The notes under the pieces are model-generated. The model was not told the DNA's origin. It ran no database searches and saw nothing but the letters and a program-made list of their open reading frames with translations. Below are positions 47,928 to 57,106 of a DNA stretch of 64,000 bases, piece after piece (within the stretch, counting starts at the first letter, position 1; the number at the start of each line of letters is the position of its first letter). The stretch is from IMG/VR virus record IMGVR_UViG_3300017744_000003, positions 9,000 to 72,999 of that record; one strand, given 5' to 3'. Both the position numbers and the translations under genes were made by a program. The stretch comes from a virus.

Positions 47928-49845
47928 ATACTTTAATAATGAACTCGGTGAACTTGTGTACCTACGGTCTTACGCTAGGTGGTTAGAGGAAGAAAACCGA
48001 AGAGAAACCTGGGACGAAACCGTTGATCGGGTCATGGGTTTTCTCTTTGAAGACTCACCTATTGATGAGCATAAGAAAGATCTTATTTCTCAGATGATGT
48101 TAGACCAAAAGGTCATGCCTTCTATGCGTTCACTTTGGGCGAGTGGGGGGTTTGCTAAAACAGATAATACAGCTATCTATAACTGTTCTTTCCTACCCAT
48201 TGATAACCTTAAAGCGTTCTCAGAACTAATATATATCCTCATGCAAGGAACAGGGGTAGGTTTCTCCGTAGAGAGTAAGTTTGTTAGTAAGTTACCTACT
48301 GTCGCTAAGTTGACCGACGCTATTGCGGAGTACCAGGTCGAAGATAGCGCAGTTGGTTGGGCTGACGCTGTTTTCTTTGCTGTTACTAACGCATGGAAAG
48401 GGTATGGGAACCTTAATTTTGATTATTCGTTAGTACGACCTAGAGGATCTCGGTTGAAAACAAAAGGGGGCCGAGCAAGTGGACCGGAGCCTCTACAAAA
48501 GGCTCTATCTTTTATTACTGAAACAATTTTCAAAGCGGAAGGTAGACAACTAACCACCTTAGAGGTCTATGATATCTGCTGCGCTTTGGCAGAAGTAGTA
48601 GTTGTCGGTGGTGTGCGTAGGTCTGCGATGATCTCTTTTAGTGACCCTAACGATGATTCTATGCGACACGCTAAGGATTGGAAGCGTGGCAACTTCCCTA
48701 TTAAGCGTTATATGAGTAATAACAGTGCTTACTTTGAGGGAAGACCTAGTAAAGAGGTATTTGATAGAGAGTGGAAGCAACTAGCAGAGTCGGGTAGCGG
48801 TGAGCGTGGATTGTCTATAGATAACTGGCATAAGTACGCTCCTAGACCTCAAGGTGAAACACGCTCAAATCCATGTCATGAGATAGGACTAAGATTCAAA
48901 GAATCGAATGATCCTTGGACAGGTGAAGGGGGTGGCGGTCAGTTCTGTAATCTTAGTGCGGTTGTTGTTAGACCTGAAGACACATTAGAAACTTTAAAAG
49001 TTAAAGTTGAACTCGCTACTATCATTGGTTGTACACAAGCTCAGTTTACACATTTCCCATACTTAAGACCTGCTTGGAAAGAACTTTGCCAAGAGGATCG
49101 ACTCATAGGTGTAGACCTTACGGGCCAGTGTGATAATCCTAAGTTATTAGATGACCTAGAAAACCTATCTATATTAAACCAGGTTGCAGTAACCACTGCT
49201 AAGAAGATGAGTGACCTTTTAGGAATCAATATGCCCGCTGCTATTACTTGCGGTAAGCCGAGTGGGAACACTTCTCAAATGGTTGACTGCGCCAGTGGGT
49301 TTCACCCTAGATATAGTGATTATTACTTCCGACATGTGCGCGTCAGTGCCGACGACCCTTTGTCAGAGTTGTTGAAAAGTCAAGGGGTCCCTATGTTTCC
49401 GGAAGTAGGTCAAGAAGATTTTGAAGAACAAGACGTAAAGACTTGGGTTGCTCGTTTCCCTATCAAGTCACCTGAAGGTTCGATGACAAGAGACGATGAG
49501 GATTCTTTCCAACAGATGGAGCGCTACTTAACCATTATGAAGGGTTGGTGTAAGGAGCGCGGTCATAACCAGAGTGCTACCATCTACGTCAAAGAAGGCG
49601 ATTGGGATAAAGTAGGGCAGTGGGTTTGGGACAACTTTGACGACATTGTAGGTCTAAGTTTCTTACCTTATGATGGAGGAAACTATAAGTTAGCGCCTTA
49701 CGAAGAGATCAGCCAAGAAGAATATGAAGACTCTATCCAAGACTTCCCACAAATTGACTACACAATGTTGTCTGATTTTGAAAAGTTTGATCAAGGACAG
49801 GGCTCAAGCGAGATCGCTTGTACAGGTGGCGCTTGTGAAATCTAG
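47920..49845 (+). CDS. nrdJ: Class II (B12-dependent) ribonucleotide reductase, RTPR-like
   Basis: YNCSF, GTGVGF, GGVRRSAMI, NPCHEI, FCNLS, KPSGNTSQ, C-terminal CTGGACEI. No beta-subunit gene nearby. Confidence 0.93.
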   Translation: MTKYFNNELGELVYLRSYARWLEEENRRETWDETVDRVMGFLFEDSPIDEHKKDLISQMMLDQKVMPSMRSLWASGGFAKTDNTAIYNCSFLPIDNLKAFSELIYILMQGTGVGFSVESKFVSKLPTVAKLTDAIAEYQVEDSAVGWADAVFFAVTNAWKGYGNLNFDYSLVRPRGSRLKTKGGRASGPEPLQKALSFITETIFKAEGRQLTTLEVYDICCALAEVVVVGGVRRSAMISFSDPNDDSMRHAKDWKRGNFPIKRYMSNNSAYFEGRPSKEVFDREWKQLAESGSGERGLSIDNWHKYAPRPQGETRSNPCHEIGLRFKESNDPWTGEGGGGQFCNLSAVVVRPEDTLETLKVKVELATIIGCTQAQFTHFPYLRPAWKELCQEDRLIGVDLTGQCDNPKLLDDLENLSILNQVAVTTAKKMSDLLGINMPAAITCGKPSGNTSQMVDCASGFHPRYSDYYFRHVRVSADDPLSELLKSQGVPMFPEVGQEDFEEQDVKTWVARFPIKSPEGSMTRDDEDSFQQMERYLTIMKGWCKERGHNQSATIYVKEGDWDKVGQWVWDNFDDIVGLSFLPYDGGNYKLAPYEEISQEEYEDSIQDFPQIDYTMLSDFEKFDQGQGSSEIACTGGACEI

Positions 49846-49903
49846 CATAGCCAAGTGATCTCAGTTATTATGCACACATTATATTATATAAGAGGTGCAT
49901 ATA

Positions 49904-51331
49904 ATGAGATGGTTAAGAAGAAGTGAAGCAGCCGAAGCTCTAGGTATCAAAAGACGCGCAGTACGAACTCTAGCAGACAAGGGCGAAATACCCACTAGGT
50001 ATGAAGGCAGGATAAAACTGTACTGCATATCAGACGATATGCTGAATAAGCCTGTTAAAGAAGTAGATGAGTTTTTTGAACAAAGTTCGGATAAGTATAT
50101 CTTTGATCCTGTTAAAGACACTTACTTATTTTTTGGTCTACCTAATCAACCTCCCATAGTAAAAGTACCCAGAACTAGAATAGACTCTTTGATCAGTGAT
50201 TATTCAAACGAAGCGGGCGGCGCAACTGTCAATCAGTTATCTGTTCGTTATGAGCTTTCAAGAGCTACGATAAAAGCCATACTTAATTGGTTAGGTAAAA
50301 CCCATGACTCAGCGCCTTTCTCTGATGAAACACTAGAGCATAGTAATGAAGAAGACTTAGCCTCATCTGTGTTAAGAGCTAAAGAGCAGCGAGTCTTAGT
50401 TAAAGCTCAGAAAAAAAGACTTAATCGCCATGAAAACTATCTTAATCAAGTAGACCTTGTTAAACACTATATTAATGAAGTGTATTCTATCGTTGGGGAT
50501 ATAGACTTAAAGGGTTCTAAGCCTAAGAAGCGCAAACTTGCTAAAGAAGCCAAGGAATATGTAGCCGTGTTAGGTTTGACGGACTTGCACATAGGTAAAC
50601 GAGGAGTAGACGGTTACAACTCAGAAGTAGCTTCTAAAAGAGCGATAAACACCGTCACCAAAGCAACTGCTTTAGCCCAAGGTTCATGGGGTATACCTGA
50701 TTATTGGGTCATCACTTGTGGTTCCGATATGCTTCATGTGGATAACTACCAGGGTACTACTCAAAAGGGTACGCCGATGGACACTGACGTAGACCCTGTA
50801 GAAATGATGGCGATCGCTTATAGAACTATGGAGACTATCGTCTTACTACTTCAAGAGACTGCTCCTGTGAAAGTGGTGGCAATGACGGGTAACCATGACC
50901 GTATGCTGAGTGCTCTACTAGGTATGATGATAGACGCAAGATTCAACGACGACCCAAGAATAGAAGTTGTTGATGGTAGCCGAGGTAGCGCTTACATTAG
51001 GTATGGCGCTAGTTTGTTAGGCTTTAATCATGGTGACTCTATAAAGCCAGATAAGTTACCTAGTATAATGTCTGCGGAAAGACCGGAAGATTGGGGTGCT
51101 TGTAAAGGTAACTGGGATTGGTTTTGTGGTCATCTTCACTCTTTGATCTTAAAAGTGAGTGAACATAACGGTTGTAGAGTATGGACTATGCCTGCGCTCA
51201 GTGGTACGGATAGATGGCACAAGTTAAACGGCTATGCTTTTAATAGGAAACAACTAGCAATGTTTAGGGTAGAGCCTAACAATGGTGTAGTAGCAGTAGA
51301 ACTAATCGAGGGTAAAGATAAAGATGGATAA
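49904..51331 (+). CDS. HTH-fused calcineurin-like metallophosphoesterase
   Basis: N-terminal excisionase-like HTH (EAAEALGI..RAVR.LAD.GEIP); DLHIG, GSDMLH, GNHD, HGD, GHLH. Confidence 0.85.
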   Translation: MRWLRRSEAAEALGIKRRAVRTLADKGEIPTRYEGRIKLYCISDDMLNKPVKEVDEFFEQSSDKYIFDPVKDTYLFFGLPNQPPIVKVPRTRIDSLISDYSNEAGGATVNQLSVRYELSRATIKAILNWLGKTHDSAPFSDETLEHSNEEDLASSVLRAKEQRVLVKAQKKRLNRHENYLNQVDLVKHYINEVYSIVGDIDLKGSKPKKRKLAKEAKEYVAVLGLTDLHIGKRGVDGYNSEVASKRAINTVTKATALAQGSWGIPDYWVITCGSDMLHVDNYQGTTQKGTPMDTDVDPVEMMAIAYRTMETIVLLLQETAPVKVVAMTGNHDRMLSALLGMMIDARFNDDPRIEVVDGSRGSAYIRYGASLLGFNHGDSIKPDKLPSIMSAERPEDWGACKGNWDWFCGHLHSLILKVSEHNGCRVWTMPALSGTDRWHKLNGYAFNRKQLAMFRVEPNNGVVAVELIEGKDKDG

Positions 51332-51971
51332 AACAGTTTTAGACAAAGGCTTTGTACGCTTAGTAGACGTTATGGGTTCTGATATGAGTGTTGTTAACTC
51401 TGCTCGTATTAGCTTCGCCAAAGAAGTGACGGATATAGGTGATCGAGATGAGAAGCTAATAAAGTACTTATGGGAACATCGTCATACGAGCCCCTTTAGG
51501 CATGCTACCTTGCAGTTCCATGTTAAAGCGCCTCTATTTGTTCTTAGACAGTGGATGAAGCACCAAATAGGTTGTTCTTGGAACGAAGTGTCCGGCAGGT
51601 ATGTAAAGTTTGATAATGCTGACTTTTATATGCCTAGCGTATGGCGAGAACAGCATGAATCAAATAAACAAGGTTCAAAGGGTTCTATTGAGAGTCAAGA
51701 GAGTGCAAATCTTTTTTACCAGGACTCTATGCGGCTAGCTGTTACTCGTTATAAAAACTTACTTGACCTTGGGGTGTGTAAAGAGCAAGCGCGTATGGTT
51801 TTGCCTCTTTCCATGTATACTGAGTGTTATTGGACAGCTAGTCTTCAAGCGATCATGCACTTCTTAGAATTAAGAGAAGACTCCCATTCACAATGGGAAA
51901 TCCAACAATACGCAGTAGCAATAAGAGAACTTGCTTTAGAACATTTCCCTATTAGTTTAAGTCTACACTAG
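51324..51971 (+). CDS. thyX: Flavin-dependent thymidylate synthase
   Basis: VVNSARISF, HTSPF, RQWMKH..SWNEVSGRY, KEQARMVLP, SQWEI. Confidence 0.95.
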   Translation: MDKTVLDKGFVRLVDVMGSDMSVVNSARISFAKEVTDIGDRDEKLIKYLWEHRHTSPFRHATLQFHVKAPLFVLRQWMKHQIGCSWNEVSGRYVKFDNADFYMPSVWREQHESNKQGSKGSIESQESANLFYQDSMRLAVTRYKNLLDLGVCKEQARMVLPLSMYTECYWTASLQAIMHFLELREDSHSQWEIQQYAVAIRELALEHFPISLSLH

Positions 51972-52019
51972 TCTTATTTCTGCTAAAATCTCTCGTACCA
52001 AATAACGAGAGGGGATTAT

Positions 52020-52883
52020 ATGTTTGATCTAGCAAAACTGACAGTTGAGCCTAGAGATATTGACCTATTTTATAAGCAAGGATTCTTAGAAAATGAGGAG
52101 GCGCAGAAGTTATCAAACTACTTCTTTTGCCTTAAGACAGAGAGTGGACAGCAAAGCGCATTAGGTTATTACAATGATGAGAAAGATTGCTTAGAGTTGT
52201 TGAAAACAAAGGACTTAGTGTATCAAGGATTCAAGCCAAAAGATGGTGCTCAAGCGTGTATGTTTTGGGCATTAAAGCACTTAGATCTTGTGGTTGCTCT
52301 TGGTGCTGCGGGTACCGGCAAAACGACCGTTGCTTTAGCTTATGCCCTTAACGAAGTCTTCCGTAATGGGAAGGATCTTGTTTTGTGTAAACCTACTACT
52401 TTTGTTGGACAAAAGAGTAATGCGATAGCAGCTATACCTGGGGACCACAGAGAAAAGTTAGAAGGCTACATGGATTCTTACTTTACTGCGATGAAGAAGA
52501 TCATCGGTGAGACGTTTGAACACCACCTCTTTCAGCTAGAAGAAGAGGGGCGTATCCAGTTTAAGCCCTTTGAGTTACTAAGAGGTCAACACTTTGAGAA
52601 TGCTATTGTTATTATTGACGAAGCGCAAAATACAACGCCTCATGAGTTGTTAACCGCTATTAGTCGTGTAGGCAATCACTGTACTCTTATCATTATGGGA
52701 GATCCCGACCAAGTAGACTCAGGGCTTGCCCATGATGAGACCGGTCTTTGGGAACTGATAAACAGTCATGCTTTCTTAGATTGTCCTTTTGCAGTAGGTG
52801 TTAAGTTAACCGCTCAGTATCGAGGCCCAATGGCGCAACTAGCTCAAGAGGTTATCGAGGAACTTAGAGACCGAGAAAAATAA
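52020..52883 (+). CDS. phoH: PhoH-family ATPase
   Basis: GAAGTGKT, PGD..EKL, LRGQHF, IDEAQN, MGDPDQVD. Confidence 0.92.
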   Translation: MFDLAKLTVEPRDIDLFYKQGFLENEEAQKLSNYFFCLKTESGQQSALGYYNDEKDCLELLKTKDLVYQGFKPKDGAQACMFWALKHLDLVVALGAAGTGKTTVALAYALNEVFRNGKDLVLCKPTTFVGQKSNAIAAIPGDHREKLEGYMDSYFTAMKKIIGETFEHHLFQLEEEGRIQFKPFELLRGQHFENAIVIIDEAQNTTPHELLTAISRVGNHCTLIIMGDPDQVDSGLAHDETGLWELINSHAFLDCPFAVGVKLTAQYRGPMAQLAQEVIEELRDREK

Positions 52884-52919
52884 TTAAAATAGTTGTTGAA
52901 AACTTGTTTAAGGTAGGTT

Positions 52920-53333
52920 ATGTATGGTTGGTCAATAAGGACGCGCCATAAGACTTTTGAGTCAGAAACGAGAAGATACATGAAATACTTACCTTACCAA
53001 AAACAAGAAATAGAGACTATTGCACTTCGTCTTTCTCATGTTGATCACAAGATTTCGGCAACCCGCTGTAATCACCATGATAAAGAGATGCTTCTTCGTA
53101 AACTTTGGGACACAGACACCGCACTAAGCGGGATTGACATTGAAGAAGTCATTGAAAACCACATGAACTTGATTGATATATACGCGATTGACTACGTCGT
53201 TGAATACGGAGCGGGTGAAGAAACTTTTGAATGGGTGGAGACTTTCGCTAAAATGAGTCACTGTTTAATCTTCGGCGTAAAGCGTGACCTCGGTCTTTGG
53301 CGCTGTGTTTCTAAAGGATATAATGAGGTTTAA
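52920..53333 (+). CDS. Hypothetical protein (start may be 52980)
   Basis: ORF in the + strand gene run. Confidence 0.6.
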   Translation: MYGWSIRTRHKTFESETRRYMKYLPYQKQEIETIALRLSHVDHKISATRCNHHDKEMLLRKLWDTDTALSGIDIEEVIENHMNLIDIYAIDYVVEYGAGEETFEWVETFAKMSHCLIFGVKRDLGLWRCVSKGYNEV

Positions 53334-53334
53334 A

Positions 53335-53721
53335 ATGAAAAACCCATACCCAATGGTTGTTCCCTCTGGGTTCTCAGTAGAGAAGAAGAGAGAGTATTAC
53401 CTAAATATTCTTTCTGAGTTTACTGAAGAGCAAAGAAAAGAGTGGGACTCTATTGTTCTTGAGAACAAGGTTACTGATACTTCTTCTAACTTTTGGTGTT
53501 CTTTAATACTCTACTATAAAATTACGATGAGTGTATTAAAAGATATTCAATCACTTCACATCGAGTTTGATGGCGAGTTAGAAGACGTTAGAGGTCATGT
53601 CAATTGGTCACCTGATACTAACTGGAGAGAGCGATGGATTAAAGCCAACGGTATTCTCATGCAAGACATTGATCGTTTTAACCTACACAGAGATACATAC
53701 TCAGATAAGGACTGGTATTGA
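53335..53721 (+). CDS. Hypothetical protein
   Basis: GAGG SD before the ATG at 53335. Confidence 0.6.
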   Translation: MKNPYPMVVPSGFSVEKKREYYLNILSEFTEEQRKEWDSIVLENKVTDTSSNFWCSLILYYKITMSVLKDIQSLHIEFDGELEDVRGHVNWSPDTNWRERWIKANGILMQDIDRFNLHRDTYSDKDWY

Positions 53722-53724
53722 TAC

Positions 53725-53910
53725 ATGGTATATGAACAAGCACTAAAGTTCATAAACAAAGAAGTATTTGGCATAACTAAAGATCAGCTTGTTATAAGAG
53801 GTAGGCTAACTGAGGTAAATAAAGACGGTTACGCCATCATAGTTGTTCATAACACAATCCCTGTTAGGGAATATAAGACGCATATAAAATATGTGTTCCC
53901 GCAGAAATGA
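53725..53910 (+). CDS. Small hypothetical protein (possible Sm/SH3-like beta fold)
   Basis: 61 aa; ATGA overlap with the methyltransferase gene. Confidence 0.5.
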   Translation: MVYEQALKFINKEVFGITKDQLVIRGRLTEVNKDGYAIIVVHNTIPVREYKTHIKYVFPQK

Positions 53911-55238
53911 CTAGAAAGAAAATTAATGTGGATACTACCAAAAACCTTACCCATATTTCCCTCTGTGCAGGATACGGGGGGATTGATCTCGGACTTTCAA
54001 GAGCTATCGGAGCAGTTAGAACAGTCTGTTTTGTGGAGATCGAAGCCTTCGTCATCGAAAACTTGGTCGCGAAGATTGAAGCGGGACTGCTCGACACCTC
54101 GCCTATTTTCACAGATCTTAAAGCCTTCCCTTGGGAACTCTATAATGGAAAAGTGGATATCCTCAGTGGAGGGTTCCCTTGCCAACCATTTAGTGCCGCA
54201 GGAAGACGTAAAGGAAGCGAAGATCCTCGACACTTGTGGCCTTACATCACAGACGGAATCAAGCGCCTTGGAAGACCTTCCATTGTTTTCTTTGAAAACG
54301 TCGAGGGAATCATCTCCTCAAAACTCAAGGGAGACGATTGGGCAGATCCGGAAGGAACGTCTGTTCTGCACCATGTCCTTAAAGAGTTGGAACGCTTGGG
54401 TTACAAAGCAACGGCGGGAGTATTCAGTGCGCGTGAAGTTGGCGCGCCACACCAAAGAAAGCGAGTTTTTATTCTTGGTGTCAGAGATGACTTCGGAGAG
54501 TCGGGATTGGAATTTATATCGTCAATGCTCAGAGGTACAGGAACAGATGCGAAATTGGCCTACCCCGCATCAAGAGGCGCAGAACAGTACGCATGGGAGC
54601 CAAGGAGAGTTACAGTGGGCAACGCCGGCACAAGCAGATCACAAACTGTATCACATGAGCATCGAAGCTATGACAGTGAGATTAAATACAAAGAGACAGT
54701 TGGGTCTGCCAGGTCATGTGCATCAAACAGAACAGAAGCGTTGGAGGCGATCAGTTTCGATAGATCGGAAAGGCCCTTGTCCGAAAGCACCGCAAGAACA
54801 AAAGGAAGTAAACTGGGCAACGCCGATGGCGGGGACAAAGGATCACATGGGGTCGAGTTTAGAATATTACCAACGCAGGTCACAAATAGGGAAGCAAGTG
54901 GACTTGAATGGACAGGTGATGTTGGAGAAGGATTGGACCACACCAATCAGCAGGGATTGTTACGAGATTGTGATGAACCACCAAATACCAATCCGAAAAG
55001 ACGGGAAAACGAGGTTAGATACAATGCCCAGGCAGGTACACCACGAAGAGGGTTACAAGGGGAAACTGAACCCACGTTGGGTGGAGACGCTCATGGGGCT
55101 ACCTGTGGGTTGGACTATGCCCAGTTGTCAGATTCCTGTGATAATAGAACAGATGAGTTACGACTGCTTGGAAATGGAGTCGTTCCCGCCACAGCAGAAA
55201 GAGCGTTTAGAACCCTGTGGAGAGCCTTATGCCAATAA
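53907..55238 (+). CDS. C5-cytosine DNA methyltransferase, alpha chain (motifs I-VIII and X, lacking IX)
   Basis: SLCAGYGG (I), GGFPCQPFS (IV), FENV (VI), PHQRKRVF (VIII), LLGNGVVP (X). Confidence 0.92.
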   Translation: MTRKKINVDTTKNLTHISLCAGYGGIDLGLSRAIGAVRTVCFVEIEAFVIENLVAKIEAGLLDTSPIFTDLKAFPWELYNGKVDILSGGFPCQPFSAAGRRKGSEDPRHLWPYITDGIKRLGRPSIVFFENVEGIISSKLKGDDWADPEGTSVLHHVLKELERLGYKATAGVFSAREVGAPHQRKRVFILGVRDDFGESGLEFISSMLRGTGTDAKLAYPASRGAEQYAWEPRRVTVGNAGTSRSQTVSHEHRSYDSEIKYKETVGSARSCASNRTEALEAISFDRSERPLSESTARTKGSKLGNADGGDKGSHGVEFRILPTQVTNREASGLEWTGDVGEGLDHTNQQGLLRDCDEPPNTNPKRRENEVRYNAQAGTPRRGLQGETEPTLGGDAHGATCGLDYAQLSDSCDNRTDELRLLGNGVVPATAERAFRTLWRALCQ

Positions 55239-55536
55239 TCAAGTCAGAGACATAGCGCAGCCAACAGAAGAACCTTGGCCTACGCCTAACGCTAGAGACT
55301 TTAAGGACTCAATAAGTACTGTACCTCCATCTGTTACCGTCACAAGAGGTTATTCTTTAGGGCAGGCCGTCGCTAAAGAAAATATTAAAGATTGGCCTAC
55401 ACCTTCTGCTTCACAAAGGGGTGACACACTAGAGACGTATGAACGAAGATCTAGGAAACGAGAGGAACAAGGGTTAATGCCGTTTGCCCCCGTGTTACAA
55501 GTAGCCGTTGAAGCGTCAGAGAAGAGTAAGAAATGA
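53926..55536 (+). CDS. Overlapping +1-frame methyltransferase partner (motif IX-like plus six W-x-T-P modules); true start uncertain
   Basis: 536 open codons containing LNPRWVETLMGLPVGWT and WPTP/WATP/WTTP repeats. Its stop is ATGA-coupled to the next gene. Confidence 0.8.
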   Translation: MWILPKTLPIFPSVQDTGGLISDFQELSEQLEQSVLWRSKPSSSKTWSRRLKRDCSTPRLFSQILKPSLGNSIMEKWISSVEGSLANHLVPQEDVKEAKILDTCGLTSQTESSALEDLPLFSLKTSRESSPQNSRETIGQIRKERLFCTMSLKSWNAWVTKQRREYSVRVKLARHTKESEFLFLVSEMTSESRDWNLYRQCSEVQEQMRNWPTPHQEAQNSTHGSQGELQWATPAQADHKLYHMSIEAMTVRLNTKRQLGLPGHVHQTEQKRWRRSVSIDRKGPCPKAPQEQKEVNWATPMAGTKDHMGSSLEYYQRRSQIGKQVDLNGQVMLEKDWTTPISRDCYEIVMNHQIPIRKDGKTRLDTMPRQVHHEEGYKGKLNPRWVETLMGLPVGWTMPSCQIPVIIEQMSYDCLEMESFPPQQKERLEPCGEPYANNQVRDIAQPTEEPWPTPNARDFKDSISTVPPSVTVTRGYSLGQAVAKENIKDWPTPSASQRGDTLETYERRSRKREEQGLMPFAPVLQVAVEASEKSKK

Positions 55537-55805
55537 AAGACGAATCTGTGCTTCTGCCTAGAGAGTATAGCAAGTGTATACTTGAGGTTAAGAATGGTGT
55601 TGTACATTATAACCAAGAGTGTGTTATCGAAGTGTTAACCAACGATTTCCTTAAAAGTATATTGGCAGGTGACTTGACTTGTAATGCAGATACCATAGAA
55701 GAATCTGCCTATCTTCATGCTATAGAATGGTTTGACTATAATATAGCATGTGCGTATATGGGCAAATATACACCTGTTTATGTAGTACAAGAGGAGGAAG
55801 AGTGA
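55533..55805 (+). CDS. Hypothetical phage protein
   Basis: C-terminal AIEWFDYNIACAYMGKYTP motif recalled from small phage proteins. Confidence 0.65.
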   Translation: MKDESVLLPREYSKCILEVKNGVVHYNQECVIEVLTNDFLKSILAGDLTCNADTIEESAYLHAIEWFDYNIACAYMGKYTPVYVVQEEEE

Positions 55806-56047
55806 TGGATAGATTTTCTGTTCTTACATGGTTTATCTTTGTTTTATTTATTTTTGGTTTAGTCAACTTTTACTATTCAGAAGTTGTTGACGTTTACCTG
55901 TGTACAAACAAAGAAGGGCTCACTACTTATGTGGGTAAGAAGATTCCCGATAAGCGATTAAATGTTGGTTCTTGTAACCTGGTTAGAATGACTAACTTAG
56001 AAGTCCATAACCTTCGTTCGTCTTACAAAAGGATTTACTACAGATGA
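55805..56047 (+). CDS. Small membrane-anchored protein
   Basis: GAGGAGG SD; N-terminal TM VLTWFIFVLFIFGLV. Confidence 0.6.
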   Translation: MDRFSVLTWFIFVLFIFGLVNFYYSEVVDVYLCTNKEGLTTYVGKKIPDKRLNVGSCNLVRMTNLEVHNLRSSYKRIYYR

Positions 56048-56124
56048 TCACAATACAGAACGTCTTAGTGATTTACGTCTTTTGTGCATTCATGATCATC
56101 ATGCTACTTGAGTTGATAGACTAG
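56044..56124 (+). CDS. 26-aa hydrophobic peptide MITIQNVLVIYVFCAFMIIMLLELID
   Basis: ATGA-coupled to the upstream gene and fills the gap to the convergent gene. Below the ORF-track length cutoff. Confidence 0.45.
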   Translation: MITIQNVLVIYVFCAFMIIMLLELID

Positions 56125-56447
56125 TCTATATCTACTTCAACCTCCGGTTGTAAAACTATCTCTCCTAGATACTCATAGTCTTGGTCTTCACCTTTATCTT
56201 CATAAACAAAGACACGTTCTGCACCAAGATTCTCTGCGACTTCTCCCATAACAGATAGACATCTATCTTTGTCTTTAGAGATCATGCAGATCGCCTTGGG
56301 TGGGTCTTGGTAAAACAACCACATATTCGATAGCAGTATCAAAGGGAACACTAGTACTGCGGTGACGAGTGATGTGTACCATAAGCAAGCGCAAGAGTAA
56401 GCTAAGAATAATACTTTTCCATAGTCTTTTGGGATACTTATTTCCAT
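56121..56447 (-). CDS. Membrane protein (two N-terminal hydrophobic segments)
   Basis: 108 aa with a GAGG SD. Confidence 0.65.
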   Translation of the reverse strand: MEISIPKDYGKVLFLAYSCACLWYTSLVTAVLVFPLILLSNMWLFYQDPPKAICMISKDKDRCLSVMGEVAENLGAERVFVYEDKGEDQDYEYLGEIVLQPEVEVDID

Positions 56448-56455
56448 GTGGCCTC

Positions 56456-57040
56456 TTAGTTGTTGAATACTTTTAATAGTGTTTTAACTGCGTAACTATA
56501 CCAGTTATCCATAGAATCTTCGTTTAATGGAGGAGGTAGCTCAAAGACCTTTACACCTTTAGCTTTCATTTCATCTAACCACGTAATCATTGACTTGCTT
56601 GTATCTCTTAGTCCGTCTTCTTCTATGTAAGCACACACCTCTTCTTTGTCTACAAGTCTCTTGTGTGCCTCTTGCGGGAAACAGTGACAGTAAATTATAC
56701 AGTCAGGTAGCTTGTGTAACTCTGAAAGGGAAGTGGTCATATCCTCAAACAGAGCTAGTTCATCTTTAGACGTTTGTGAATCATCTATAAGCGCTCTAGC
56801 AAAGGCATAAGAAGACCACACACTATGTTCGTAAAAGAATACTTTATCTTCTTGATCGTCTTGTTCTTTCCAAACCCTCATGTTTTCGGTGAGTGCATAC
56901 GTCCAACCTTTAAGGCCGTTAAAAGGTGGTGGCGGAATACATATTTTAATACGGTCAAAGGGGACTTCGCCTCTTTCTGCAAGTTGCTCTACAAGGTAGT
57001 TCAACGGAGAGCCCCAAATTCCTTCTAAAACAATTCTCAT
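56456..57040 (-). CDS. Deoxynucleoside-kinase-fold protein with a degenerate P-loop
   Basis: IVLEGIWGSP (no GKS/T), YEHSVWSS..FA, LPDCIIY......AHKRL. Confidence 0.7.
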   Translation of the reverse strand: MRIVLEGIWGSPLNYLVEQLAERGEVPFDRIKICIPPPPFNGLKGWTYALTENMRVWKEQDDQEDKVFFYEHSVWSSYAFARALIDDSQTSKDELALFEDMTTSLSELHKLPDCIIYCHCFPQEAHKRLVDKEEVCAYIEEDGLRDTSKSMITWLDEMKAKGVKVFELPPPLNEDSMDNWYSYAVKTLLKVFNN

Positions 57041-57106
57041 GTTAAGTCCTTACGCATAGGTGTCTGTTTGCTGTCTCTTTAGTATAATATATATTGGAGG
57101 TGACAT

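Noticed and set aside
36910-49845. Inteins or introns in the polymerase, helicase, RecA or RNR
   Set aside because: Protein lengths are compact, motifs are contiguous, and no splice-junction or homing-endonuclease motifs were seen.
35962-52925. The AGTTGTTGAAAA motif as simply a sigma70 -35 (TTGAAA)
   Set aside because: The copies checked (35962, 52891) lack a good -10 at 17 bp, five copies point away from the adjacent start codon, and six lie inside genes.
53907-55536. Methyltransferase overlap as a sequencing frameshift or pseudogene
   Set aside because: Both frames are uninterrupted. Frame A holds both the N-terminal motifs and motif X, so a single indel cannot explain the layout.
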